Source: Octopus bimaculoides (Eukaryota). From it: 64,000 nucleotides of DNA. Made by a program: the position numbers and the translations under genes. The notes below the pieces were generated by a model. It was not told where the DNA came from and ran no database searches. It saw only the letters and a list, made by a program, of their open reading frames with translations. This document shows positions 36,361 to 49,364 of the stretch, piece after piece. The DNA lies in contig NC_068989.1 in the NCBI RefSeq assembly GCF_001194135.2, positions 38,626,989-38,690,988 of the forward strand, read 5' to 3'. The first letter of the stretch is position 1; the number at the start of each line of letters is the position of its first letter.

Positions 36361-38686
36361 AGTGCACACTCTGGTATTATGCAACTAATCATTTGAAGGT
36401 CATACTGCATACAAGATAATCGTTAATCTCAAAGGATGCCATGTGATAAAATGGATATATTGTACTCCATTTTCTGTGTGAACAACTGTAGATTCTGGTG
36501 CTCAGAGAAGGCAGACTAGTTGGATATGGTCAGTGTGATACTTGCTGTTCCTCTGCACTTATTGTTGGTTGGTTGGTTGGTTGGTTGGTATATCACTGAA
36601 GAGTGTTTAGACAGTGAGGTTATTTGTGTGTGAGTGTTCCTTATGTGTTCAGGAAAATAGGAAAGCATATTACGATGATAATGTAATAGTTCCTTGATGT
36701 GTTGTGTGTCTAAGTGTTTTTTTTTGTTTTGGTGGTGGGGCGTGTAGTGGAAAGGACAATTGTGGTTGAACCTTGCTGTGACAACAAACTATGCATCTTG
36801 TATATACAGTTGGTATTTTTGTTTTGTCGTATAAATGATCTGTAGATGTGACCTCCATAAAACTTATAATGTGCAGTGTATTTTTTTTTTTGCATTCTTT
36901 AAAGTTAATTGTAGTTTATTGTGTGAAGATTAAGGCCCAAGTAGATCTGATATGGTCTTCCATAGGTCTAATGTGTTGTTTCTACATCATTATTGTTGTT
37001 TCTTTCTATTGCTTCAAATGTTAATCAATGCACTTTCTGTAATCTTATATATGCATTTTAAATGTTGTGAATTATTTATATGTCATACTTAAAATTTGTA
37101 TTCTGTGTGTATGTCATGTGTTTATATTTGCTTGGGGAAGACAGTGGATTTTACATTTTGTTGTGAGGAACCAGGTTTCTATGGTTGAAGTAGCTTTGGG
37201 ACAATGTCTGGAGAATGCCTAATAATTTGTATATGAAGCTGCTAATAATCACATCATATAATCTGCAACAATTTAATGAATAAAGTATATTTTAATGCTA
37301 AGTTTCAAAGAAGATAAAATTCAGGTAGTAGAGAGTAAAAGATACATGTAATAGGTTGAGAATATTTTTGAGTAATTAGCATTCAGGAAACAGTATAGTT
37401 TTTGTCACTAAATGTTGTAATTATGAGGTGAAATTGGTGTAAAAATACAAGTGGTAATTACTACCTGTGGTTTTTTTCCCTCTTTCCACACTGGTTTAAT
37501 CATCTGTATAGAAAGGATGAACCCATATCACAATAATCATTTGGCTTTGCGATGAAGAAATTATTTTTATTTTAGAAACAGTGGGCATAACAGTATAAGA
37601 TAAACCAAAAACAAAAATAAGAAAAAAATCTGGAGCAAATGTTCTGGTGAATAAAAAATGGCATAAAGTAATGAAATGGATGCAGTAAAGCAATTTTTGT
37701 TTGTGTGTGTTAAGTTCAGGTGCAACAAGCCAATTCAGGAGATCAGGGATCTAATTGTTTGGGACAGGAGGGCATGATAAATTTTTTAGAATAGGAAATA
37801 GGAGTTTGTCAATGAGAAAAGGTTTATTGATCAACTGAATGTCATTCTCCAGGATTCAGTCAAGGTTAACTGACATGAGGATGAAGAACTATCATTTGAG
37901 ATGTGGAAGCAGAAAGCTGAATTGACTAGAGATTGACAAGTAAATTGCTGGGTTGTCTTACAAAACTTAAATTCAATATCTAACTAGCTACAGATGAATA
38001 TCTTACATCATCATCATCATCGTCGCCGTCATTGTTGTCATAATTGTCAGCAGTAGTTTTAGTGTTGCAAACACTAGTAGCTAAAAAGAGTTTCTGCATG
38101 TTTGTATAAATGGATAGAAATAATGGACAAAAATCTCTTTTAAACAGCATCCTTCCAACTTAAAAGTGACAAAATAAATAAATGTTACATTGGATAATGT
38201 AGTCCAAGATACAGTCTACCTGAGTGGTTATGGTTGTAATACTTTTTCATTCCAGTATTTTAGCAATTTCTGAAGGCAAAGACACCACAGAATTTGGACT
38301 CAAAACTAATACTGCTAATCCACTGCCCCAATGTTCTTATATTTAAAACAATAAATTTGGAAATATAAAAATTAGTGTCATAGAAAAAGAGAAAATAAGC
38401 AAGTACTATTAGGAATTCAATTTTTTTTTTTTTGTCTGTGTATGCAATCTCTAAATGTTTCTTGTCTGCCTAGCAATAGGATAAAAGCTATAACAGTGCT
38501 CATCAGTTCAAGGAGTTAGAAGATGTGTTCAAGAACAACTGAAAAGTCCACTGAAACAGTTTCTTGCACATTGGGCCAACATGATCAGAACTTGGTGCTA
38601 ATATACTTTCAGCTCTGAAAATTTTTGAGAACGTCTTGTCAGCTTATACAATACTAGTTGTTAAGATGCAACAGCATCTTTCCCAC

Positions 38687-38910
38687 GAGCTGGTAGAATC
38701 GTTAGCGCGCTGGCCGAAGTGCTTAACGGTATTTCGTCTGCTGCTACGTTCTGAGTTCAAATTCCGCCGAGGTTAACTTTGCCTTTCATCCTTTCGGGGT
38801 CGATTAAATAAGTACCAGTTATGCACTGGGGTCGATGTAATCGACTTAGTCTCTTTGTCTTTCCAATGTTTGTCCCCTCTATATTTAGCCCCTTGTGGGC
38901 AATAAAGAAT
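38687..38910 (+). mobile_element. tRNA-derived SINE, family B
   Basis: A-box TGGTAGAATCG, B-box GTTCAAATTCC (38755-38765), central CTTTGCCTTTCATCCTTTCGGGGTCGATTAAATAAGTACCAG, tail ending GGCAATAAAGAA. Confidence 0.92.
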
Positions 38911-39798
38911 TATATATTTAATATATGCAAATGTATTCTTTGAACAATGTTTGCTTATTAATGAATTAATTAAACTCTTAAACACTGCACTCTGAAGAGC
39001 ATTAACTAAGAATGCTGCAGCAGATTAAAGTAGGTGATAAATTAGTTCATCTATAAAAATATCTTGTAGCTGTAAACTTAACTTGCCACCTGGTATTTCT
39101 AGTTTTAATTCAGATAATATCTCCCTTAGTCATGCATACATGTAAAGCACCTATACAGACACGTGCATCTGTATGTGTGTGTGTGTGTGTGTGTGACTAT
39201 GCAGTTGGCAATTGTCTCAGGGTAAAAACACAGAGAAATAACATAAGTTGCCGATAAGTAAATAATGATTTCTTGGAAATTAAAATCAAAGCAGTATATA
39301 ATAAAATGTTAAATCACTATAATAATGATAGTAGCAACAACAACAGCAATAATAATGATGCAAAAATAGTTAAAGGTGCATAAATAAATAGATAAGAGAG
39401 TAACAAAGAGTGTAGGCAAATGAATTCATTTAAACAATGAAATCAGCATCCAAGAAAGAAATACCATTTAAACTTTTACAATCAGATATTCATGATGCAG
39501 CTTCCATAAACAGGAGAATTAGGAGACATGTTATCTTGGCAACGTAAGAATAGTGATAATATATATCTAAACACTGTTTTCATTAGATTCATGAAATGAG
39601 TAGGTTTGACAAATTTGTTTAGCTTTGTACTATCAATATTGTTGTTGTTAAATAGACGTAGTTCTGCACAAAATGTTTATGGAATGAAGGTAACTGATTA
39701 AATGTTTCATAGAGGTCCATACATAAAAACAAAGCTGCTATCTGTCAGTCTCTCTGTTTGCCTGCCTGTCTCTCTGGCTATTTGCTTTCCCTGCCTGC

Positions 39799-39831
<33 letters not shown>

Positions 39832-40034
39832 ACTCTGTCTGTCTGTCTGTCTCTCTCACTCTGTCTGTTTGTCTCTCTCTCTCTCTCTGTCTATTAAAGA
39901 ATGGAGGAAAATGGAGATTAAAGAGCAAAGTAATTCATGTGGGTTAGATATTCATGTGAAAGTTTGGTTAAGCATTGTGAAACATGAACAAATAAAATCA
40001 TATAAGTATATAACTTTCCATTGTTTATCAGATT

Positions 40035-40082
<48 letters not shown>

Positions 40083-40264
40083 AGCACACACATACATACA
40101 CCCCCCCTCCTCCACCTCCACCACCATCCTATATAAACTAGCGCACGCACTCGGATTCCCCTACTCAATTTTTAATACCTCTGCCAAAAGAATATGAATT
40201 TCAGAAGATGCTTTCGTCTAAATTTGCTAGCTCATGGTGCGCCCGACCTCCCACCCCACACTCT

Positions 40265-42926
40265 CCACCTGTACTAGAAGTTCCTATCCTCTGTCATATT
40301 TTGGTTGTCTTCCATGAACACTTCTAAAGGCTTAATGTCATTTCCACCCCTACTTAGGGTTTATCTCCGATGTAACGTAGTGATAATATAGTGCAAAAAT
40401 GATGGTGTAGTGTATGCAGGTTGAAGGCTATTGCTTGTTTATGAATTCTGCCAAATGTGAGCTTTCTTTTCGGGTACATGACACTGCTGTCCCCTACCAC
40501 AGGGTTTCACAGGCTCACACCTCCCTCATCCTCAGAGCTGGCACACTCAACGTCGGCACACTGAAAGGTAGGTCTGGTGAGATTTTTGAGATGCTTGAAC
40601 GGAGATGTGTAGATTTGTGCTGCCTCCAAGAAGTAAGGTGGAGAGGAGGTTCCGCTCGGTTCCTCACAGTCAAAGAACACAGGTACAAGATTTTCTGGGC
40701 AGGGGACACTGATGGGGTCGGGGGTGTGGGTATACTTCTTGTGGAGAAATGGGTTGATAAGGTAATCGAGGTAGTCCTAGCATGCGACAGAATACTTAAG
40801 ATTAGATTAGTGCTTCATCATGGGTTAGCAACCACTATCTCGGCCTATGCCCCTCAGCCAGGGCTACCTGATGGACAGAAAGACCAATTTTATGACACCC
40901 TCTTGCAGACTACCTCATTGACGAATGACAGCAACCTCCTTTTGTGGCTGGTGACTTCAATAGACATGTTGGTCAACATGCAGGGGGCTTCCATGATGAG
41001 GGAACCAGGCTGCTGGAGTTCTGCAATGCAAATGATCTTATAGTTTGCAGTACTAACTTCAGGAAACCTGCCAGTCACCTAGTCACCTACTGTTCTGGCA
41101 GACACACTAGCCAAATTGACTATTTCTTCGCCAGAAAAAGAGAAAGATGGCTGCTTATAAATGCTAAAACCTTCCCAGACGAAGAAGGTACCCTACAACA
41201 TAGACTAGTAGTTAGCGACTTCAGGATCAGGGCTAAATGGATGCCCAAAGGATGAACAGTATGGAGGAGAAGGGTTTGGAAGCTTAAAGAACCTGCGAAT
41301 GGACAGAGATTTAGAGACGTATTACTCAAAGCCTTTGACGAAATAGAAGGGGATATAGCATCACATGATGTGGAAGACAACTGGAGGTTTCTATGGGACA
41401 ACCTGTTGAGGGCCACTGACCAGATCTGTGGATGGTGCAAAGTCCCCTCTCAACCCAAGGTAACATGGTGGTGGAACAATGTTGTTGACAAGGCTATTAG
41501 ACAAATGAAACAGGCTTGGAAGGACTGGAAGAACAGTGGTAGCAGGGAATTGTATCAGACTGCCAGAAGGGAGGCTAGGAGACGGGTTTATTTAGCCAGA
41601 GGGGAAGCAGATAAGAAAAAATTTGCCAATGTTCTGTGCTGTGAGGNNNNNNNNNNCTGTTGAGGGCCACTGACCAGATCTGTGGATGGTGCAAAGTCCC
41701 CTCTCAACCCAAGGTAACATGGTGGTGGAACAATGTTGTTGACAAGGCTATTAGACAAATGAAACAGGCTTGGAAGGACTGGAAGAACAGTGGTAGCAGG
41801 GAATTGTATCAGACTGCCAGAAGGGAGGCTAGGAGACGGGTTTATTTAGCCAGAGGGGAAGCAGATAAGAAAAAATTTGCCAATGTTCTGTGCTGTGAGG
41901 ACCAAAGACTTGAGGTATTTCATGTTGCAAGACAGTGTGTGAGAGAGAATTGTGATGTCATAGGAAAGAAATGTGTCCACATGGATGATGGTTCACTTGC
42001 ACTAAACGAGGGTGCAAAGAGAGAGGTTTTGAGACGCCACTATGAAAAGTTGTTCAATAAAGAGAATGAATGGGAGAAAAAGAGCCTGCAGAATGTCCAG
42101 TTTAGATGAGATGCAATTTGGGTTCATGCCAGGGAAAAGCACCACTGGCGTTATATTTCTGGTAAGATAGCTGCAAGAGAAATACCTAGCCAAAGATAAA
42201 CCTCTGTACCTGAATTTTGTTGACATGGAGAAAACCATTGACAGGGTCCCCTGATCCCTTATCTGGTGGTTAATGAGGAAACTAGGAATAGACAAATAGT
42301 TAGTGAGAGCTGTGCAAGCCATGTACAGTAAGGTGAGGGCTGACAACGAGTACAGTGAAGAATTCCGGGTAGAGGTATGGGTCCACCAAGGTTCAGTACT
42401 GAGCCTCCTCCTATTTATCGTAGTCCTCCAGGTAATAACAGAAGAATTCAAGACAGGATGCCCCTGGGAGCTCCTCTATGCTGATGACCTTGCTTTAATT
42501 GCTGAGTCACTATTAGAACTAGAGGAGAAGTTTCAGGTGTGGAAGCAAGGTCTAGAATCGAAGGGCCTAAGAGTCAACCTAGTTAAAACCAAAGTCCTAA
42601 TACGTAGGAAGGCAGACAAACCAAAAATCCCTTCAGGTAGATGGCCCTGCTTGATCTGTAGAAAGGGTGTTAGTAGAAACTCTATAAGATGTACCCAGTA
42701 TAAGCTATGGACACATAAGAGGTGCAGCAATATCAAAGGAAGGCTAACTGGGAAGATAGTTTTTGTATGTGGTAGATGCTCAGGAACAATAAACACTTAA
42801 AATGTGCAGAGAACAACTTCTGCCACATTCCTGGGACAAAACCTAGAAGTAGTTGATAGCTTCCATTACCTAGGTGACCAAGTCAGTAGCAGGAGTGGGT
42901 GCTCTGAAAGTGTAGCTGCTAGAATA
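40265..42926 (+). mobile_element. RTE-clade LINE: APE endonuclease + RT + PHD-like finger, 3'-truncated and with internal deletions
   Basis: EN motifs GTLNVGTL, LQEVRW, ISAYAPQ, AGDFNRH, SQIDY, HRLVV. RT motifs FVDMEK, VHQGSVLS, PWELLYADDL, GLRVNLVKTK, SFHYLG. Frameshifts and stops; contains a gap-spanning artefactual duplication. Confidence 0.95.
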
Positions 42927-43304
42927 AGCTGCTAGAATTTTCATTCTCCTCTTCCAATATTATATTCAACAAATGACTCTATTTTTACCATTTCTTACCC
43001 ACCTGATCTTTCTGCCCCATCTTTTAAACTAGCCTTACTATCATTAACTTTGTCATTATGTATTTCATTCTAATATTTTCTTGATTCATGACTTCATTTC
43101 CTTCATCAGATGGAACTTGATACTATTCCTTTTCATAGCTGTATCTTCTACACATCATTTGGGTTCTCGCATCAAAACTTCCTTAACAAACACCATTTTG
43201 TTCTTGTACGTCTTCTTCAGGCTTACTCTAGGATGTTCCCTTCCATGACTAATTAATACAAAATGAATCTCTCACTGCCCAACACTTTAGCAGTTTTGTC
43301 TTTC

Positions 43305-43830
43305 ATGTCTCCGTTCAAGTATCTCAACAATCTCACCAGACCTACCTTTCAGTGTGCCAACATTAAGTGTGCCAACTCTGCGGGTGTGGGAGGTGTAGGC
43401 CCGTGAAACCCTGGGATGGGGGACCCCAGCATCATGTACCTGAAAAGAAAGCTCACATTTGGCAGAACTCATGAACATACAATAGCCTCCAGCCTGCATA
43501 CACTACACCATCATTTTATGTGCTACATAATCACTACATTACATAGGAGATAAACCCTAAGTATGGATGGGGAAACATTAAGCATTTGGAGGTGTTCATG
43601 GGAGATACATCCGACAGAGGTCAGAGGATAGAGACTTCCAGTACAGGTGGTGGAGGTGGAAAGGGCGGAATTAGAAAAAGAATTCCATATATCAAATCTA
43701 AGCCTAAAATTGAGAGGTTTTAGAGTAAATGTAGCAAAGGCAAAAAGGTTTAAAATGAAAGAAGACTGACTTCTACCACTACCTGGGAATTGGTCATGCT
43801 TGATATGTTTTTGTTTAGAGTTTAAAACCC
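43305..43830 (-). mobile_element. RTE 5'-end-only fragment (leader + start of endonuclease)
   Basis: ORF 43287-43499 MQAGGYCMFMSSAKCELSFQVHD...GTLNVGTLKGRSGEIVEILERR parallels 40414 and 53051; ~85% identical to 40265-40608 by eye. Confidence 0.88.
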
Positions 43831-44205
43831 AACATAATGAGATAGAATTGGGCATTTGCATTCTTAACTAGAGCTGTAACCAAGAGTCTTTGGTCAGCGA
43901 AACTGTGACAAAATTAGATAAATGAATGAATAAATGACAATAATAAAAGAGAGGGAGAAAGGAGGAGGGGTAGAGTTGGATTGAGCAAGGGGATCTTCAG
44001 TGTTTTTCTCTAAACATATGGCATGGAAGACGAAACTGTGTTTACATAAATAGATAATGAAATAGAAAGATAATGAAATGAAATAGTAAAATAATTATAA
44101 TCAGCACCAAAAAAGAGGTTTTAGATGTTTGCTAGGTTGGAAAACAAAGTTGCTTATCTGAACATCTGATTTCTACTCCGTGTGGTGAGGTATTAAAAAA
44201 AAAAG

Positions 44206-44465
44206 TGAAAGGGCATGGCTCAGTGGTTAGAGTGTCAGGCTCACAATCATGAGGTAGTGAGTTTGATTCTCAGACCAGGCTATGTGTTGTGATCTTGAAC
44301 AAGACACTTTATTTTATGTTGTTCCAGTAGAAATGAATTGTGAAGTCACTGGTGCTAAGCTTTTACCTTTCTCTTAGATAACATTCATAGTGAGGAGAGG
44401 AGAGGCTGGCATGCTGGTCTTCCATAAACAACTTTGCTCAGACTTGTGCCTCAGAGGGGGTCTTT
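44206..44465 (+). mobile_element. tRNA-derived SINE (head related to family C)
   Basis: GCATGGCTCAGTGGTTAGAG (A-box) ... GAGTTTGATTCTC (B-box-like), then TTGAACAAGACACTTTATTT shared with 15300. Confidence 0.75.
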
Positions 44466-44481
44466 ACCCATTTTATATACA

Positions 44482-44756
44482 CTTTTACTTGTTTCAGTCA
44501 TTTGACTGTGGCCATGCTGGAGCACCACCTTTAGTCGAGCAAATCGACCCCAGGACTTATTCGTTGTAAGCCTAGTACTTATTTTATCGGTCTCTTATGC
44601 CAAACTGCTAAGTGACGGGGACATAAACACACCAGCATCGGTTGTCAAGCAATGCTAGGGGGGACAAACACAGACACACAAACACACAAATATATATATA
44701 CATATATATGACGGGCTTCTTTCAGTTTCCATCTACCAAATCCACTCACAAGGCTT
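44482..44756 (-). mobile_element. SINE family A, truncated by an assembly gap
   Basis: Close match to the reverse complement of 32510-32790. Confidence 0.9.
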
Positions 44757-45420
44757 NNNNNNNNNNNNNNNNNNNNNNNNNNNNNNNNNNNNNNNNNNNN
44801 NNNNNNNNNNNNNNNNNNNNNNNNNNNNNNNNNNNNNNNNNNNNNNNNNNNNNNNNNNNNNNNNNNNNNNNNNNNNNNNNNNNNNNNNNNNNNNNNNNNN
44901 NNNNNNNNNNNNNNNNNNNNNNNNNNNNNNNNNNNNNNNNNNNNNNNNNNNNNNNNNNNNNNNNNNNNNNNNNNNNNNNNNNNNNNNNNNNNNNNNNNNN
45001 NNNNNNNNNNNNNNNNNNNNNNNNNNNNNNTATATATGTATGTATGTATGTATCTATGTATGTATGTGTGTGTGTATACACACACAGACACACACACACA
45101 CATACATACATACATACATACATACAGAGTAAGTCCAAGAATGAAGGTGATGGTATTCCATTTATTGCTTCATTACAATTGTTTCAACAGTACATAGTTC
45201 AGAGGGGTTAAGTCAATTACATTGACCCAGGTATTCAACTGTGACTTATTTTTATCAACTGTGAAAGGATGAAAGGCACAAAATCAACCTCCACAGAATA
45301 ATAATAATAATAATGATAATAATATATATAGTATTAATAAAACTGCACTTCACGTCTGAAGCTATAGGGTGATTCACAAGCTGGTAACTATGAGTGCATT
45401 GCTCCTCGCAGCAGAAGCAG

Positions 45421-45471
<51 letters not shown>

Positions 45472-46410
45472 CATACATACATACACACACACATGTACAT
45501 ATACATACTCACAGGAAGGGAAGAAAAGAGAAAGAGAAAGGTGACATATAAATATTTTTTTTAAAATTTTTTATTTGAGAAATTTTGCAACTGCACTACC
45601 AACACCATCTTCCAATTTCCTGTTTCCTTTAAACCCCAAAATTGATGTGGGCAAACTTCATGAGATGAGAACATTGTGTTCCTGGTTTTAAAAGATAACA
45701 GCAACAACTACAACAGCTGCATTAACAACTATAAAAAGAGACAATCATCTTGCATTATATTTACAGAACCTTTTTATCACAAAGAATGCCCATGTATAGA
45801 TACACACGCATTCATATACATACATACACACATGCACATACACATACACACATATATGTACACATATAAACAGAAATATATATTTTCATGTGTGTGTTGG
45901 TATGAATTATTTTCAGATTTTACCAAATGATAATGAAGTCATGGAATTTTATGGGATATTTTTTTTATTGTTTTTCACATTTTATCTTAGTGTTTTTCCA
46001 TTATATATTTATTTTCTTTGTTATCAATCTTCAAACATAATTCAACCTTAATTGAGTTATTTCCCATTTCAGTCACATAACTCCCCTCTACAACCCTCAC
46101 TTTCACTTTGACATCAGCCACCACTACAACCTTCACCTCCATCAACACCAACCATACACCATACCCTACCATACCATGTAAACTGAAAATTTGCTGACTT
46201 GAATATTAAAATAAATATACACATACAATATATATATATATATATACATATATACACACGAACACACACACACATATCCATATATATATGTATACGTACA
46301 CTCATGTACATATATTTATGATTATATATATATATATATATATATGGTCTGTGTATGTATGTGTTTCTATATATTATGTGTATGTATATGTGTTTATAAA
46401 TATAGTATGT

Positions 46411-46445
<35 letters not shown>

Positions 46446-46664
46446 CATATATATATATATATATATCAAAGCAAAAGGAAAACAACTCCTGAAATGTTAC
46501 ACTCCTCACTGTGTCCTTTATACTTCTACTCCACCATCTACTTTCTGCTCCTTCACCACCACTGGCAATAAAAATGTAACCACAACACCACATAACACAA
46601 CCAACTGCTATCACAAATATAACCACCAACACCACTCCAACTTTCGCCATCGCTTACTAATAAT

Positions 46665-46893
46665 CTTTCCTACTCTAGACACAAGGTCCGAAAGTTTGGG
46701 GGGTTGGGCGGGGCCCAGTTGATTATATCAACCCAGTATGCAATTAGTACTTAATTTATCGACACTCCCCCCCAAAAAAAGGATGAAAAGCAAAGTCAAC
46801 TTTGGCAGAATTTGAACTCAGAACGTAAAGACAGATGAAATACTGCTAAGCATTTTGCCAGGCATGCTAACATTTCTGTCAGCTTGCCTCCTT
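46665..46893 (-). mobile_element. SINE family B
   Basis: GGATGAAAAGCAAAGTCAAC...GAATTTGAACTCAGAACGTAAAGACAG, homologous to 27450-27660. Confidence 0.85.
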
Positions 46894-47286
46894 ATCACAT
46901 ACAAATACTACTACAACTATAAACCAAATGTGAGACCTTCTATGAGGTCACTTGGCCTTCTAGAAATATCAGCCAAATGACCCTACATTTTAACAGCTTA
47001 GTGAAAGAAGGACATATTGCATAATATAGTCTAATAAACTGTATATTGGCTTGGATAAAAGATGGGATGGTCACAATTGGAATGATTTTGATCATAGTTC
47101 TGCTAAATCAGTGTTGAACTGGGATTAAACATCATGTGCAACTACTACAACCACCACCACTTCAACCACTGTCTTCACCATCACCATCACCACCACCACC
47201 ACCACCACCACCACCACCACCACCATGCTGCACAAAACTTTACCCTCATAAATACAACTACCACCATAACACATACATTTACTACA

Positions 47287-47317
<31 letters not shown>

Positions 47318-48539
47318 TCATCACTCACCCCCTCCACCATACACTCTGCTTAGTAGTTTGATTCTGGTCAGCCATTTGATCTTTCGCATCACAAGCCCTA
47401 CAAAACACAAAACAACTTTTGCTCATATTGGTAGTTAACTTAACCCTCTCCTTCATACCTCCAGTCACCACACACACATATATTACCACCCTTTCGACAT
47501 ACCCCCACCACCACTTCCAATCGGCATCTATTCCCCCCTTTCCCCTTCCTCCTGCAAACAATGCTGAAGAAATATAAAGAATGCCTTATGATTTCAATAG
47601 ATTTATCAGAGCCAGAATCACATCATTTTCCTATCTTTAAACTCTCTCTCTCTTTCTGTCTCCCTCTTACCACTTCTCTCCTTCTTTCTCTCCCTTTACT
47701 CCTTCTCTCTCTCCCTGCCTTTCTTTCTCTTTCCCCCTCTCTCTTTTTCTCCTGTCTCTCTTGTACTGACCTCAGCTTCTTTTTTACTTTTCTTTGTTCC
47801 CTTTTCACCTCTTGCTTCCCCTCGAACCTCACCTCTCTCTATCTTGGACTTCTTTGACTCACTCCCCCCCCCCATCTAATTTTCTCATTTATTTCTACCT
47901 CTCTATCGCCATCTCCCTCTCATCTTTTCTATCTATCTTTCTTCCTCTTGCCTGTCTTTTATGAAATATTTTGAACTTCTTGCTTGATTTTCACTTTATT
48001 GTTGTTGTTCATATTATTGTTGATCAGTATTTGAAGTGAAGTGATATTCAACTGAACATTAATTTAATCATGAAATGTAATTTTATTGTTGTCTATGCAA
48101 TGTGGATGTATGGTGGCTTTCATTCATGAATAAACATGAGAATTCATTTGCCAAAATATTAAAATATATAAAAAAAGGAAATTATTAATAATGAAAATCT
48201 GAATAAAAGAAAAAATCTCAAATTTTGTGTCAATATGTTAAGATTTCATGAGGTGTGCCAACTTGACTATTGTTATGATCTTACCCGTTGCTATGATTGC
48301 TGTTTCTGAGGCATGTAATCCTCAAGAATCAAACACCCCGATGAAATACGGAAGATTTAACTATGCTAAGGTATTGAAAGAACTTAGACTTTCTGCAAAA
48401 TAATCATTCCTGAATATTTCTTCTTTGCGGAAGTCATAGCTCAAGGCTACTCAACTCAGGTTCTAATGCTTCAATGGACATTTCAATATTAATTTCTATG
48501 TCCACTTCAGTGTCCTCTTCAATGACTTCTTCAGTAACC

Positions 48540-49360
48540 CACTTTCTACAATAACTACAAGAAAAATTTTAATGAAAAGCAAACCATTACGTTAGCTTTC
48601 ATCAACTTGGAGAATGCTTTTGACAGTGTACCATACTTAGCAATGACAAACCAATTTTGACAAGGAACTAAAACGCTACAGATTGTGGCACTTATGACAA
48701 GGTACCACACACAGTCTTGTGGTCATTAAAAAATTTAGGTATAGATAAGCGCAGGTGTGGCTTAGTGGTAATAGGCTTGCTTCCCAGCCACATGGTTTCA
48801 GGTTCAATCCCACTGCATGGCACCTTGGGCAAGTGTCTTCTACTCTAGCCTCAGGCTGACCAAAGCCTTGTCAGTGAATTTGGTAGATGGAAACTGAAAG
48901 AAGCCTGTTTATATATATGTGTGTGTGTGTGTGTCCCCATCCCCATTTCTTGATAACTGGTGTAGATGTGCTTACATCCCTGTGACTTAGTAGTTTGGCA
49001 AAGAGGAACAATAGAATAAATACTAGGCTTAAAAAGAAAATAAATCCTGGGGTCGATTTGTTTAACTAAAATCCTTCAGGACAGTACTCCAGCATGGCCA
49101 CAGTCAAATGACTGAAACAAATAAAAGATAATAGACAAAGAAACAAATGGCCTTGCTCATGTGTTTCAAGCTATATAGGGAAACACCATGAATGAGGTGA
49201 AGGCGAGAATTAGCCACAAGCTGAGGCAAAAATTAAGCATGCAGGTATGTATCTATCATGGCACAGGCCTCAAAAACTTTCTTGCTTATTCATTACTAAT
49301 TAAGACCATAACAAAGGGTTGAGGACCAGCTGTGTATGTTGAGCAAGTTCAGCTGAATCT
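48540..49360 (+). mobile_element. Ancient RTE RT remnant interrupted by a SINE
   Basis: LAFINLENAFDSVP and YDKVPHTVLWSLKNLGIDK before 48750; VFQAI*GNTMNEVK...QVCIYHGTGL after 49130, collinear with the RTE RT. Confidence 0.65.
48750..49130 (+). mobile_element. SINE family A
   Basis: GCAGGTGTGGCTTAGTGG A-box, GGTTCAATCCC B-box, full body and tail. Confidence 0.92.
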
Positions 49361-49364
49361 GTTA

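Noticed and set aside
37700-37960. Possible L2/CR1 RT remnant (…CPKQLDP…) on the minus strand; similar faint CR1-like tails near 12470-12700 and 13950-14160
   Set aside because: Similarity is too weak to support boundaries or family without a profile search.
38988-39036. CTGAAGA followed by a perfect GCATT/AATGC hairpin
   Set aside because: GAAA is absent and the downstream match to stems III and I is too loose to support; could be a very old relic but is not callable.
41403-41900. Exact 244-bp direct duplication inside the RTE (41403-41646 = 41657-41900)
   Set aside because: The copies are identical and separated only by a 10-N gap: an unmerged contig overlap, not a biological tandem duplication.
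43065-43115. Minus-strand CTGATGA...GAAA spacing resembling a hammerhead
   Set aside because: Stems I and II do not pair properly, and the region reads as a decayed RTE coding remnant (…LNIILEEENE).
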